Positions 25,444 to 33,037 of a DNA stretch of 33,037 bases are shown here, in pieces. Origin of the DNA: Bacteroidota bacterium (lineage in GTDB: Bacteria > Bacteroidota > Ignavibacteria > Kapaibacteriales > UBA2268). The notes beneath the pieces are model-generated. The model did not search any database. It was not told the DNA's origin and saw only the letters and a program-made list of their open reading frames with translations. Within the stretch, counting starts at the first letter, position 1, and each line of letters starts with the position of its first letter. The stretch spans positions 1 to 33,037 of the forward strand of contig DAOTPH010000001.1 in assembly GCA_035451765.1 (NCBI GenBank), given 5' to 3'. A program made the translations under genes and the position numbers.

Positions 25444-25767
25444 CTAATTATAATTTTCATCTTCAGGATGCCATAAATATTTCGCGAGTTCCACATTATC
25501 TTCTTCAAAGGTTATCCCCTCACTTATTAGTAATTCTTTCATTAATGAGGGAGTTTCAAAATGATACTTTCCTGTCAAACACCCTACCCGATTTACGACT
25601 CTATGAAATGGTAATTCTCTATTTGCATTTCTTGATAATACCCATCCTACCATTCTTGCCGATGACTTCATGCCACACACTTTTGCTATTTCTCCATAAG
25701 TAGTCACTTTTCCTTCTGGTATTCTTTTTACAATTTCCAGAACTCTTTGCTCGAAATCTTTTTGCAT
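25444..25767 (-). CDS. MGMT-family DNA-binding protein lacking the acceptor cysteine (alkyltransferase-like, ATL)
   Basis: VPEGKVTTYGEIAKVCGMKSSARMVGWVL...LPFHRVVN. The PCHR active-site Cys position holds Phe. Start placed at ATG 25767 (MQKDFEQRV). The track's TTG 25800 extension would translate through the 22-nt element that is non-coding at its other copy. Confidence 0.7.
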   Translation of the reverse strand: MQKDFEQRVLEIVKRIPEGKVTTYGEIAKVCGMKSSARMVGWVLSRNANRELPFHRVVNRVGCLTGKYHFETPSLMKELLISEGITFEEDNVELAKYLWHPEDENYN

Positions 25768-25773
25768 TTTTCT

Positions 25774-25795
25774 AAATTTCAAAATTAAAAAATTT
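25774..25795 (-). promoter_or_regulatory. Second exact copy of the 22-nt element AAATTTTTTAATTTTGAAATTT (minus-strand reading), containing TAATTTTG (25787-25780)
   Basis: Identical to 5678-5699 and in the same orientation relative to the downstream gene. It ends only 6 nt before the ATL ATG, implying a very short leader if it is a -7 box. Confidence 0.35.
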
Positions 25796-25876
25796 GTCAA
25801 TATTAATAATTCTTATATTATAATTATTTTTTTATATATACGTTTTCAAGTAGTAGAAAAAATATAGTAATGAACT

Positions 25877-26602
25877 ATGAAAATGACTTTAATTACTTAT
25901 GCACCACAAATCACTATAAATGGGACCAAAAAAAATCATTCTATTAAATTTATCTTAGATCCTTTCATTAAAGCCTTTGAAAGGAAAAATTCAAATCAAA
26001 ATCAAATAGAATTTCTAAATCTTGATAATATGGTTATTAATGAATGCCTTGGGTGTTCTAATGACCTTTTTTTTATTCCACAAGAATATTGCCGACAGAC
26101 AGATGATATGAACTCCATATATGATATTCTTAGAAATTCAGATTTGTGGTTTTTTGCAATTGAATCAAATTCGTATAGACCACCTAAGAAACTTTTAAAT
26201 TTTCTTGATAGATTAGAACCATTATTTGATGAGGATTTCATTAACTATGAAAATAGAAAGAATTCTCAGAAAAGCAAGCAAAGTATATTTTTCGTTGGAA
26301 TAAGTTCATTATGGGAAAGCAGTGTCTTTGATGAGGTATCGTTTCAAATACAATCTATAGCTATTTTATTCAATAGAGAGATAAAGGGGCAGATCCTCCG
26401 ACCACATTATGGTGCATTTATACAGGAGTGTAATAATAATTCTGAATTCCGCAATACTATTTTAAAGAAAATTGATGAAATTGCTGACGGATTATTATGC
26501 TCAAAGCCAATTGATGAATCTTCATTTCAATTATTGAACTCCCCTGTAATTGAAAGAGAAGAATATGCTAAGAAATTTTCTGATGTATTATCTATAATTT
26601 GA
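25877..26602 (+). CDS. Divergent flavodoxin-like fold / NAD(P)H-dependent FMN reductase-like protein
   Basis: Layout resembles flavodoxin-family and iron-sulfur flavoproteins: CLGC...C.QTDDMNSIYDILRNSDLWFFAIES...LLNFLDRL. The usual N-terminal GSP..G.T FMN-phosphate loop is replaced (LITYAPQITINGTKKNHS). This is a weak, memory-based assignment. Confidence 0.4.
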   Translation: MKMTLITYAPQITINGTKKNHSIKFILDPFIKAFERKNSNQNQIEFLNLDNMVINECLGCSNDLFFIPQEYCRQTDDMNSIYDILRNSDLWFFAIESNSYRPPKKLLNFLDRLEPLFDEDFINYENRKNSQKSKQSIFFVGISSLWESSVFDEVSFQIQSIAILFNREIKGQILRPHYGAFIQECNNNSEFRNTILKKIDEIADGLLCSKPIDESSFQLLNSPVIEREEYAKKFSDVLSII

Positions 26603-27811
26603 TTGAATAGCTCTATCATAAACATATATTGAACCAATTATAGCATCATCTTTTGTCATATTTAAAAGCATCTCAATTGATTCATCAGTGAGTTTTGTCC
26701 CCATATTTATAAGCTTCAATCCCGATTGTGTATATATATTTCTCGATAAAATATAATCTGGTTTTAGCTCGGAGATTAATACAGGTAATTCCCTCTGATT
26801 AGCACTCTTGTTATTCATATTTTGATAAGCAAAGAATTGGTCAAGCAATGCAATAATTCTATAATCATACAACCGACGTGATTCTTCAAACAATGCATCA
26901 ATAGTTTTTGATTCACGCCCTTGATTTTTTGCTAATAAATTTTCATAATCTAACAATACCCTCAATATTCTGCTTTCTAATGGAATTTCCCACCCTTTGA
27001 GCTTATCGGGAATACCTGAACCATCAAAATTTTCATAAATATGAGATAAAATATTTATAACTCCATCAAAATCAGGTATCTTTGATAAAATCAATTTAGT
27101 ATATTCTGGAACTTTTGCCATTTCGTCGCCAGCAACTAATCCGTTGATTAGAACGGGTTTTACAATGTTATGTTCATTTAAAAATAAGTTCCCTGCGTAT
27201 ATCAGTTCCGCAGAGAATTCCAAATCGGTTGTTTCAAAATTTTCCTCAGCTAATTTCTGATAAATCCAAACTGCAGCTTTTTTAATCCTCTGAATTAATT
27301 TCTCTGATTCAGGGATTCTTATTTTTTGGAATAACTTGATTAACTCTATTGCTTGCAAGCGCAAATCTGAGTATTTTTCATTTAATTTTTGAATTTCATT
27401 TATCTGTGCTCGATTTGTTAATTGAAGTTCAAGGTATTTTTTGATATGCAATAACCGTAACAAAAAATTATCTGATGAAATTGGTTTTGGAATAAATTCA
27501 TCTGCACCTGCTTTAAGAGATTGGAGAATTATATCTTTATCATTTAATCCAGAAACTACTAAGGAATAAAAAAGTTCATTTGAATATTTATTTTGTATAG
27601 TTTTAAGAACATTTATTCCATTTATACCTTCAAGGAAAATATCTATAATAAATATTGCAGGAAAGCGCAATTTATCTAAAATTTCTTCTGTTTCTTCTGA
27701 AGTTGAAATATCATAAATAATAGAATTGGGAAATATTTTAACAGTAATATTGTGAAATAATGTTAATTGTGGTAAATCGTCTTCAAAAATATAAATATGA
27801 ATAAATTCCAA
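26588..27811 (-). CDS. Response regulator: receiver domain plus degenerate HD-GYP domain plus C-terminal ~58-aa module
   Basis: The REC domain is intact (FEDD, IFIIDIFLEGINGINVL, VVSGL, IPKP). The HD-GYP-like region has lost most metal ligands (AELIYAGNLF in place of AALLHDIGK; HIYENFDGSGIP in place of HHERLDGSGFP). No Met occurs in the REC domain. Start is TTG 27811 with AAAGG 6 nt upstream. Confidence 0.75.
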   Translation of the reverse strand: MEFIHIYIFEDDLPQLTLFHNITVKIFPNSIIYDISTSEETEEILDKLRFPAIFIIDIFLEGINGINVLKTIQNKYSNELFYSLVVSGLNDKDIILQSLKAGADEFIPKPISSDNFLLRLLHIKKYLELQLTNRAQINEIQKLNEKYSDLRLQAIELIKLFQKIRIPESEKLIQRIKKAAVWIYQKLAEENFETTDLEFSAELIYAGNLFLNEHNIVKPVLINGLVAGDEMAKVPEYTKLILSKIPDFDGVINILSHIYENFDGSGIPDKLKGWEIPLESRILRVLLDYENLLAKNQGRESKTIDALFEESRRLYDYRIIALLDQFFAYQNMNNKSANQRELPVLISELKPDYILSRNIYTQSGLKLINMGTKLTDESIEMLLNMTKDDAIIGSIYVYDRAIQSNYR

Positions 27812-27884
27812 TTGATACCTTTTTATTTTTTTTACTAAATTAAATAAAATTTTTTTAATAATAAAAAAATAAGAGAATATTTCA

Positions 27885-27892
27885 TAATTTTG
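27885..27892 (+). promoter_or_regulatory. TAATTTTG box (Bacteroides-type -7 consensus TAnnTTTG) upstream of the acyltransferase gene
   Basis: Exact octamer 32 nt upstream of ATG 27925. The same octamer occurs upstream of metG, the ATL gene and ychF. I found no clear -33 element. Confidence 0.3.
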
Positions 27893-27924
27893 TATTCTGT
27901 ATTATTTGAAAATTTAAAGTTATT

Positions 27925-29061
27925 ATGAATACTCAATCAAATCGATTGCCATCACTCGATTTAGCAAGAATTTTGGCAATGTTGATGATGATTGCGGGAC
28001 ATACTTTTTTTTCTCTTGTTAATCCTCAATTAATAAATATAAATGAATTCCCGTGGAGCTGGTGGAATTTTCTGCGTGGAGTAACTGCTCCTATTTTTCT
28101 TACGGTTTCTGGAATTGTTCAAGTATTTGCCAATAAACGTGATACACAAGGGAAATTATCAAGTAGCACAATTGAAAAACGCTTAAAAACGGGATTGAAT
28201 TTGTTATTCATCGGTTATATCCTAATGTTCCCTGCTCATAATCTTTATAATATTAACTATATTCCTAAATCTGTATATCATACATTTCTCTCCGTCAATA
28301 TTTTGCAATTATTTGGGTTAACTCTACTTTTTGTTTTGCTTGAATTTGTTCTCACTCGTAATAATAAATCATTATTTAGAATATCCCTTATATCTGCATT
28401 GTTTATCATAATTCTCAATCCAATTGTACATCGAATTGATTGGTTTTCAATACTTCCTTACGGTATCGCTTCTTACTTAGATCTAAGTAGAGGGTCATTT
28501 TTCACAATATTTCCATTTTCTGCTTACGTTTTCTTAGGTGTTTCAATTGGAACTATAATACAAAAAGTAGAAGCTACAAAGCGGCTTGATTTCATTATGA
28601 AAAAAAGCTTAATATCAGTACCAATTCTTTTAACCATTGGATTAATTTTTTCATATTTTGATGCAAATGTATTTCATAATACAGGTAATCTATATATTGC
28701 GGGAATAGGAATTTTTGTTTTGCGACTCTGTTGTGTTGCTATAATGTTTTATATAACAGGATTACTTACAAAAAAATTTAATCAATATGAAGAGTATTTT
28801 ATTTTCTTCGGAAAAAAATCCCTCTATGTCTATGTTACTCATATGATTATCCTATATGGATCTGCAATCACACCAGGGTTGAATACATTTTTTGGTGGGC
28901 AGCTATCAATTCCATTGGCATTTTTAAATATATTAATTGTGCTTACATTTACTTTAGCTTTTACCTATTTAATTAATATTTATAAGAGAAATAGCAAACC
29001 TGTTGATTTTCTTTATCGTTTTAGTATTGCATTCTATTTAGTTTATGTCCTAATTATTTAA
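27925..29061 (+). CDS. Integral-membrane acyltransferase family protein (Acyl_transf_3 / DUF1624-like)
   Basis: N-terminal motif NRLPSLDLARILAMLMMIAGH, followed by about 10 hydrophobic helices. Length 378 aa. Confidence 0.5.
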   Translation: MNTQSNRLPSLDLARILAMLMMIAGHTFFSLVNPQLININEFPWSWWNFLRGVTAPIFLTVSGIVQVFANKRDTQGKLSSSTIEKRLKTGLNLLFIGYILMFPAHNLYNINYIPKSVYHTFLSVNILQLFGLTLLFVLLEFVLTRNNKSLFRISLISALFIIILNPIVHRIDWFSILPYGIASYLDLSRGSFFTIFPFSAYVFLGVSIGTIIQKVEATKRLDFIMKKSLISVPILLTIGLIFSYFDANVFHNTGNLYIAGIGIFVLRLCCVAIMFYITGLLTKKFNQYEEYFIFFGKKSLYVYVTHMIILYGSAITPGLNTFFGGQLSIPLAFLNILIVLTFTLAFTYLINIYKRNSKPVDFLYRFSIAFYLVYVLII

Positions 29062-29087
29062 TAATTTTGTAAAAAAAAGAAAATACT

Positions 29088-29393
29088 ATGACAAAGACAA
29101 CCTCAACATACCGAAAACCTACTTCATCAGCATCAAAGAAGCCTACAAAAAAGCAAGTTCAATGGCATATACCTTGGACAAAGCAGAATTATATAATTAT
29201 GGCTATAGGACTTGGTGTAATTGTTTTAGGTTATATTTTAATGTCAACAGGAATTACAGAAGAACCCGCTTTGCCACATGGCAAATGGAATAATCCACTT
29301 GCAGTTATTGTTGCACCGATTTTACTTGTGCTGGGTTATTGCGTAATTCTGCCATTAGGTATATTTAAATCATACTTGAAAAAGCAAGATTAA
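29088..29393 (+). CDS. Small two-TM membrane protein, DUF3098-like
   Basis: Basic N-terminal tail, then WTKQNYIIMAIGLGVIVLGYILMSTG and a second helix AVIVAPILLVLGYCVILPLGI. This matches my recollection of the DUF3098 pattern (F.K.NY...G...LGF.LMSGG...AP..L..G). Its stop abuts the era ATG (TAAATG). Confidence 0.5.
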   Translation: MTKTTSTYRKPTSSASKKPTKKQVQWHIPWTKQNYIIMAIGLGVIVLGYILMSTGITEEPALPHGKWNNPLAVIVAPILLVLGYCVILPLGIFKSYLKKQD

Positions 29394-30284
29394 ATGCCAA
29401 AAAAAGCGGGATTTGTCGCCATACTTGGCAATCCAAATGTTGGAAAATCAACACTAATTAATACATTAATTGGTGCTAATATTTCTATTGTATCGTCAAA
29501 ACCGCAAACAACACGTAAAGAAATTGTTGGCATTCTTACTAAAGAAACATATCAAATTGTATTTCTCGATACACCGGGGATTATTATTCCCCGATATAAG
29601 CTCCAGGAAATGATGATGAGCTATATTCCTCAAAGCATAGCATCAGCAGATTTAATTCTAATGATTTTCGATTTTGATAAGCAAAATAGGAATGAATTTT
29701 TCCCTGAACAATATGAAGAACTCTTCAAGAACATTACAACTCCCAAATTTGCTGTGCTGAACAAAATTGATTTAGCAAAAAATAAGTCTTACATAATTCC
29801 CGTACTAAACAGAATCAATCAAATTAACGAGTTTAATGAAATTATTCCAATTTCAGCTTTAAAGGGGGAAAATCTTGACGAATTAGAAAATACTGTTGTC
29901 TCATATCTCCCCGAACACGAATTTTATTATGATGCAGATTCCATCAGCACACTAAACGAAAAGTTTTTTGCCGCAGAAATTATACGTCAAGTATTATTTA
30001 ATAAACTCTCGCAAGAACTACCATATTCAACAGAAGTTCAAATTGAAGAATTCAAAGAAAGACAAAAGGGTAAATGGTTTATTAATGCAAGTATTATTTG
30101 CGAAAGACCAACTCAAAAACAAATCATTATTGGAAGTAATGGTGAAATGATTAAGGAAATTGGCACCACTGCCCGCAAAGAAATTGAGGATTTTCTTGGA
30201 GTACCAATTTTTCTAGAACTTTTTGTCAAGGTACGTGAGAATTGGCGCGATAATCCAACATATTTAAAATCATTCGGATATTAG
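29394..30284 (+). CDS. era: GTPase Era
   Basis: G1 GNPNVGKSTL, G3 DTPG, G4 NKID, and a C-terminal KH domain (IICERPTQKQIIIGSNGEMIKEIG). Confidence 0.92.
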   Translation: MPKKAGFVAILGNPNVGKSTLINTLIGANISIVSSKPQTTRKEIVGILTKETYQIVFLDTPGIIIPRYKLQEMMMSYIPQSIASADLILMIFDFDKQNRNEFFPEQYEELFKNITTPKFAVLNKIDLAKNKSYIIPVLNRINQINEFNEIIPISALKGENLDELENTVVSYLPEHEFYYDADSISTLNEKFFAAEIIRQVLFNKLSQELPYSTEVQIEEFKERQKGKWFINASIICERPTQKQIIIGSNGEMIKEIGTTARKEIEDFLGVPIFLELFVKVRENWRDNPTYLKSFGY

Positions 30285-30287
30285 CAA

Positions 30288-31130
30288 TTATCTATTTTTT
30301 AACTTTACCTCAAATAAATTAGACCAATTCTTACCTGTAAGATAAAATGTTTTTGTCGAGGGATTATATGCAATTCCATTTGAAACTTCAGCATTTGTCT
30401 TATCATCAAGGGCAGATCTTAATTCCGAAACATCAAATGAATAAACAACTTTTCCATTATCGGGATTTATAGCGATGATTTCATCTTTCATATAGACATT
30501 AGCAAATATCAATCCATCAACCCATTCCAATTCATTTAAATTGAAGACAGGTGTATTGTTATCCTCAACAGATATAGTTTTTATAATATTCATAGATGAG
30601 GCGTCATAAAATGAGAGATAATTTGAGCCATCGCTTACAATTAAAAATTTTCCGTCGGATGTTATCCCCCACCCTTCTCCTGGATATGAAAATTCCCCAA
30701 TTTTTTCAAAATCTAGATTATATATAAACCCCTTATGATTTTCCCACGTTAGCTGATATATCTTCTCCGAAAGCAATGTAATACCTTCTCCAAAATAAAT
30801 TGGTGAAAGATTAATTTGTTTTAAAACCTTTCCATCTTTGATATTCACTTTTCTCAAAGAAGAATGGCCATATAAGCCTGTACTTTCATATAAATAGTTA
30901 TTGTAGAAAATTAAACCTTGAGTATATGCATTTTTATCATGAGGATATTTATTGATAATTTCAAACTCTACTTTTTTGCTAATATTTTTTGAAGTTGTAT
31001 CAAATGATGAATTTTGAGATGTTGCGATTTGCTGCGATTTATTTATTTGCTCAATCTTTTTTGAATTTGAATTGCAAGAATAAATGCAAGTTATAAATAA
31101 TGCAATGATTATATAATATATTAATTTCAT
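30288..31130 (-). CDS. Glutaminyl-peptide cyclotransferase (beta-propeller type), probable lipoprotein
   Basis: YPHDKNAYTQGLIFYNNYLYESTGLYGHSSLRKVNIKDGKV and GEGIT, EGWGIT, NELEWVDG are propeller repeats. Lipobox-like signal IALFITCIYSC. Confidence 0.8.
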   Translation of the reverse strand: MKLIYYIIIALFITCIYSCNSNSKKIEQINKSQQIATSQNSSFDTTSKNISKKVEFEIINKYPHDKNAYTQGLIFYNNYLYESTGLYGHSSLRKVNIKDGKVLKQINLSPIYFGEGITLLSEKIYQLTWENHKGFIYNLDFEKIGEFSYPGEGWGITSDGKFLIVSDGSNYLSFYDASSMNIIKTISVEDNNTPVFNLNELEWVDGLIFANVYMKDEIIAINPDNGKVVYSFDVSELRSALDDKTNAEVSNGIAYNPSTKTFYLTGKNWSNLFEVKLKNR

Positions 31131-31176
31131 TAATTATTATTTTAGTTAGAATTCTGAATAATTGTTTTGCTAAAAA

Positions 31177-32259
31177 TTAACTATGGCGAATATTTAAAAT
31201 ATCTCCATCTTTCACAATATAATCCTTACCCTCCAGCCGTAGAAACCCTTTTTCTCTACATTTTGCGATTGTGCCTTCCTGAATTAAATGGTCGCAATGG
31301 ACAACTTCTGCTCTAATGAATTTATTATAAAAATCTGTATGGATTACTCCTGCTGCTTGTTGTGCATTCATCCCCTTTTTGATTGTCCAACTGCGTGTTT
31401 CATCCTCGCCAACTGTGAAAAATGATTGCAATCCAAGCAAATTATATGCACTTTGGATAAGCCGATTTAATGGAGAGACCGAAAGTCCATATTCTCGCAT
31501 AAACATTTGCTTTTCCTCCTCATCCAATTGAGAGAGCTCCATTTCGATTTTTGCGAAAAATGGAAGAATAGCAATCTTCTGAGATGGAAATTTTGAGGCT
31601 ATACCATTTACAATTTTGTCTTGCTCTTCGACCATATTTTCACCAAGGTTTAAAGCAATTAATAGTGGTTTCGCTGATAATGGTTGATAATTTGTAATAT
31701 ACTTCATTGTATTTTCATCGAAATCTAATTCACGCAATGGCATATTATTTTCAAGATTTTCTTTCCACATCTGCATTATATGCAGTTCTTTCTCCATTTC
31801 TTCATGATTTCTTTGTTTTTTTAATTCATTCTGCAATTTGTTGATTCTATTTTCAACAAAAATCAAATCTGCAAAAATAAGTTCATCTTCAATATTTCGA
31901 ATATCCCTTTCCATATTAATTTCATCAGTATAGAATGGTACATTTGGGTCATCAAAACCACGAACGACGTGAAGCAACGCATCAACAGTTTTAATTTTTG
32001 CTATAAATTGAGGAGTAAATATCTCGCCCTTCTTTTCTGAATATTGTAGCCCTGCAAAATCTACTATTTCAATTGTTGCATTAACTTGTCGCTTCGGTTG
32101 AAATAATTTTGTTAATATATCTAACCGTTCATCAGGAACTTTAATGACAGCACGGTTTTCATCTTTTTTTTGGTACTGAGAATCTTCGTGAATTGCTGAA
32201 ATGGTTTCAAAAAGGGTTGTTTTGCCTGAATATGGATATCCAATTATTCCAATTTGCAT
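31177..32259 (-). CDS. ychF: Ribosome-binding ATPase YchF
   Basis: P-loop GIIGYPYSGKTTLF and C-terminal TGS/DUF933 motifs FFTVGEDETRSWTIKKGMNAQQAAGVIHTDFYNKFIRAEV...EGKDYIVKDGDIL. Length 360 aa. Confidence 0.85.
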   Translation of the reverse strand: MQIGIIGYPYSGKTTLFETISAIHEDSQYQKKDENRAVIKVPDERLDILTKLFQPKRQVNATIEIVDFAGLQYSEKKGEIFTPQFIAKIKTVDALLHVVRGFDDPNVPFYTDEINMERDIRNIEDELIFADLIFVENRINKLQNELKKQRNHEEMEKELHIMQMWKENLENNMPLRELDFDENTMKYITNYQPLSAKPLLIALNLGENMVEEQDKIVNGIASKFPSQKIAILPFFAKIEMELSQLDEEEKQMFMREYGLSVSPLNRLIQSAYNLLGLQSFFTVGEDETRSWTIKKGMNAQQAAGVIHTDFYNKFIRAEVVHCDHLIQEGTIAKCREKGFLRLEGKDYIVKDGDILNIRHS

Positions 32260-32287
32260 AATTTTATAAATTTTAAACTAACAAAAA

Positions 32288-32295
32288 CAAAATTA
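32288..32295 (-). promoter_or_regulatory. TAATTTTG box upstream of ychF
   Basis: The plus strand reads CAAAATTA. On the minus strand this is TAATTTTG, 28 nt upstream of ATG 32259 and just downstream of the nuoB terminator. Confidence 0.3.
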
Positions 32296-32322
32296 AATAA
32301 TCTATGACAAATAAAATTGAAA

Positions 32323-32360
32323 TAAAAAAACCTTCCGTTTCTTTGAAAACCACGGAAGGT
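32323..32360 (-). terminator. Rho-independent terminator downstream of nuoB
   Basis: 9-bp stem ACCTTCCGT (32330-32338) / ACGGAAGGT (32352-32360) with a 13-nt loop. The plus-strand A-run 32324-32330 gives a U-tract immediately after the hairpin on the minus-strand transcript. Confidence 0.7.
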
Positions 32361-32425
32361 CAAAACAAGAATAAATCTTAAATGTACTTATTTAGAATAA
32401 TTGATTTACTTTTATTGAAAATTTT

Positions 32426-33013
32426 TTAATAACGCTCTTTAATTTTTTCTTCGACTTCTTTTACAGTTTTCCCTGTAATTACTTCTTTACGTGTAGGGTC
32501 AAAAGCAAATGGAGAATACCATCTTTCTTGCTTAGGTGTTCGCGACACATTTTTTCCAAAATTCACAAGGTCCGGACGTTGTTTTCCAATTTTATCTTGG
32601 ATTGCCATAAGTGCCATTATTAAATTTTCGGGGCGTGGTGGGCAACCTGAAACATAAACATCGACGGGCAAAAATTGATCGACACCTTGCACAACTGAGT
32701 AGCTTCGAAACATTCCACCTGAAGAAGCACAAGCACCCATTGTAATAACCCATTTAGGATCTGCCATTTGGTCATAAAGCTTTCGCACAGGCCATGCCAT
32801 TTTGTAAGTTGTTGTACCTGCAACGATCAATACATCTGATTGACGGGGAGTCATACGGAACACCTCACTACCAAATCGTGCAACATCAAATCGAGATGCA
32901 GCAAATGCCATCATTTCAATTCCACAGCAAGACAATCCAAGAGGATTGGGCCACGCAGAATTTTTCTGTGCCCAATTAATAATAGCATCTATTGAAGTAG
33001 TTAAAAAGCCCAT
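32426..33013 (-). CDS. nuoB: NADH-quinone oxidoreductase subunit B
   Basis: N2-cluster ligand motifs [17 protein letters not shown] and GCPPRPE. Start placed at ATG 33013; the track's TTG 33022 is an alternative 3 codons upstream. There is a C-terminal extension of about 40 aa. Confidence 0.9.
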   Translation of the reverse strand: MGFLTTSIDAIINWAQKNSAWPNPLGLSCCGIEMMAFAASRFDVARFGSEVFRMTPRQSDVLIVAGTTTYKMAWPVRKLYDQMADPKWVITMGACASSGGMFRSYSVVQGVDQFLPVDVYVSGCPPRPENLIMALMAIQDKIGKQRPDLVNFGKNVSRTPKQERWYSPFAFDPTRKEVITGKTVKEVEEKIKERY

Positions 33014-33037
33014 ATTCTGCAATTGATCATTTAGTCC

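Noticed and set aside
25794-25821. Sigma-70-like TTGTCA-16 nt-TATTAT on the plus strand upstream of the flavodoxin-like gene
   Set aside because: Hexamers resembling -10 boxes are ubiquitous in this composition, and I have no independent support. I left it uncalled.
27850-27869. T7-AATAAT-A7 symmetric tract upstream of the REC / HD-GYP gene
   Set aside because: It is homopolymer low complexity in a divergent promoter gap. It has no G/C-containing stem and no downstream U-tract logic.
33028-33037. Possible end of nuoA (GAC TAA on the minus strand at 33036-33031) upstream of nuoB
   Set aside because: Only two codons are visible inside the window, which is far too little to support a feature.
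1-33037. Scan for CRISPR arrays, tRNA/rRNA genes, IS elements, integrases, toxin-antitoxin pairs and defence genes
   Set aside because: I saw no repeat-spacer periodicity and no non-coding gap long enough or structured enough for a tRNA. No ORF carries transposase, integrase, nuclease-helicase or other defence hallmarks. The window reads as core chromosome.

Overview
AT-rich, densely packed bacterial chromosomal segment with about 30 CDS. I could not find any rRNA, tRNA, CRISPR array, transposase, integrase or phage gene. All non-coding gaps are under about 175 bp. A DUF3098-like protein, YbgF-type TPR arrays, a beta-propeller glutaminyl cyclase and TAnnTTTG boxes upstream of operons suggest an FCB-group organism (Ignavibacteria/Bacteroidota-like). 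That placement is inference only.

Gene order:
- smc (5' end outside the window), then queA and metG on the minus strand.
- A 10.7-kb co-directional plus-strand array: giant TPR protein, beta-barrel, SPOR protein, TonB-C protein, a small unannotated membrane ORF, ugd, PGI/PMI and manC.
- A four-subunit 2-oxoglutarate:ferredoxin oxidoreductase operon in delta-alpha-beta-gamma order.
- A minus-strand operon: PduO-type adenosyltransferase, HD-GYP, holA and an SSF symporter.
- ymdB, then an SPT/Kbl-like oxoamine synthase with an alkyltransferase-like (ATL) gene.
- A flavodoxin-like gene, a REC plus degenerate HD-GYP regulator, a membrane acyltransferase, a DUF3098-like gene, era, glutaminyl cyclase, ychF and nuoB.

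Most of the window is housekeeping, and I see no defence island or mobile element. The candidates worth follow-up are:
1. The TPR-array / plug-less TBDR-like barrel / SPOR / TonB-C operon, a possible non-canonical Tol-Pal-like envelope module.
2. Two HD-GYP paralogues 4 kb apart that share a C-terminal ~58-aa module. One looks catalytically intact. The other is REC-linked and has lost most metal ligands.
3. An exact 22-nt element present upstream of two unrelated operons. It contains TAATTTTG, an octamer that recurs before other operon-leading genes.
4. An orphan SPT-like alpha-oxoamine synthase.

Several ORF-track starts needed correcting because they are TTG or upstream extensions.
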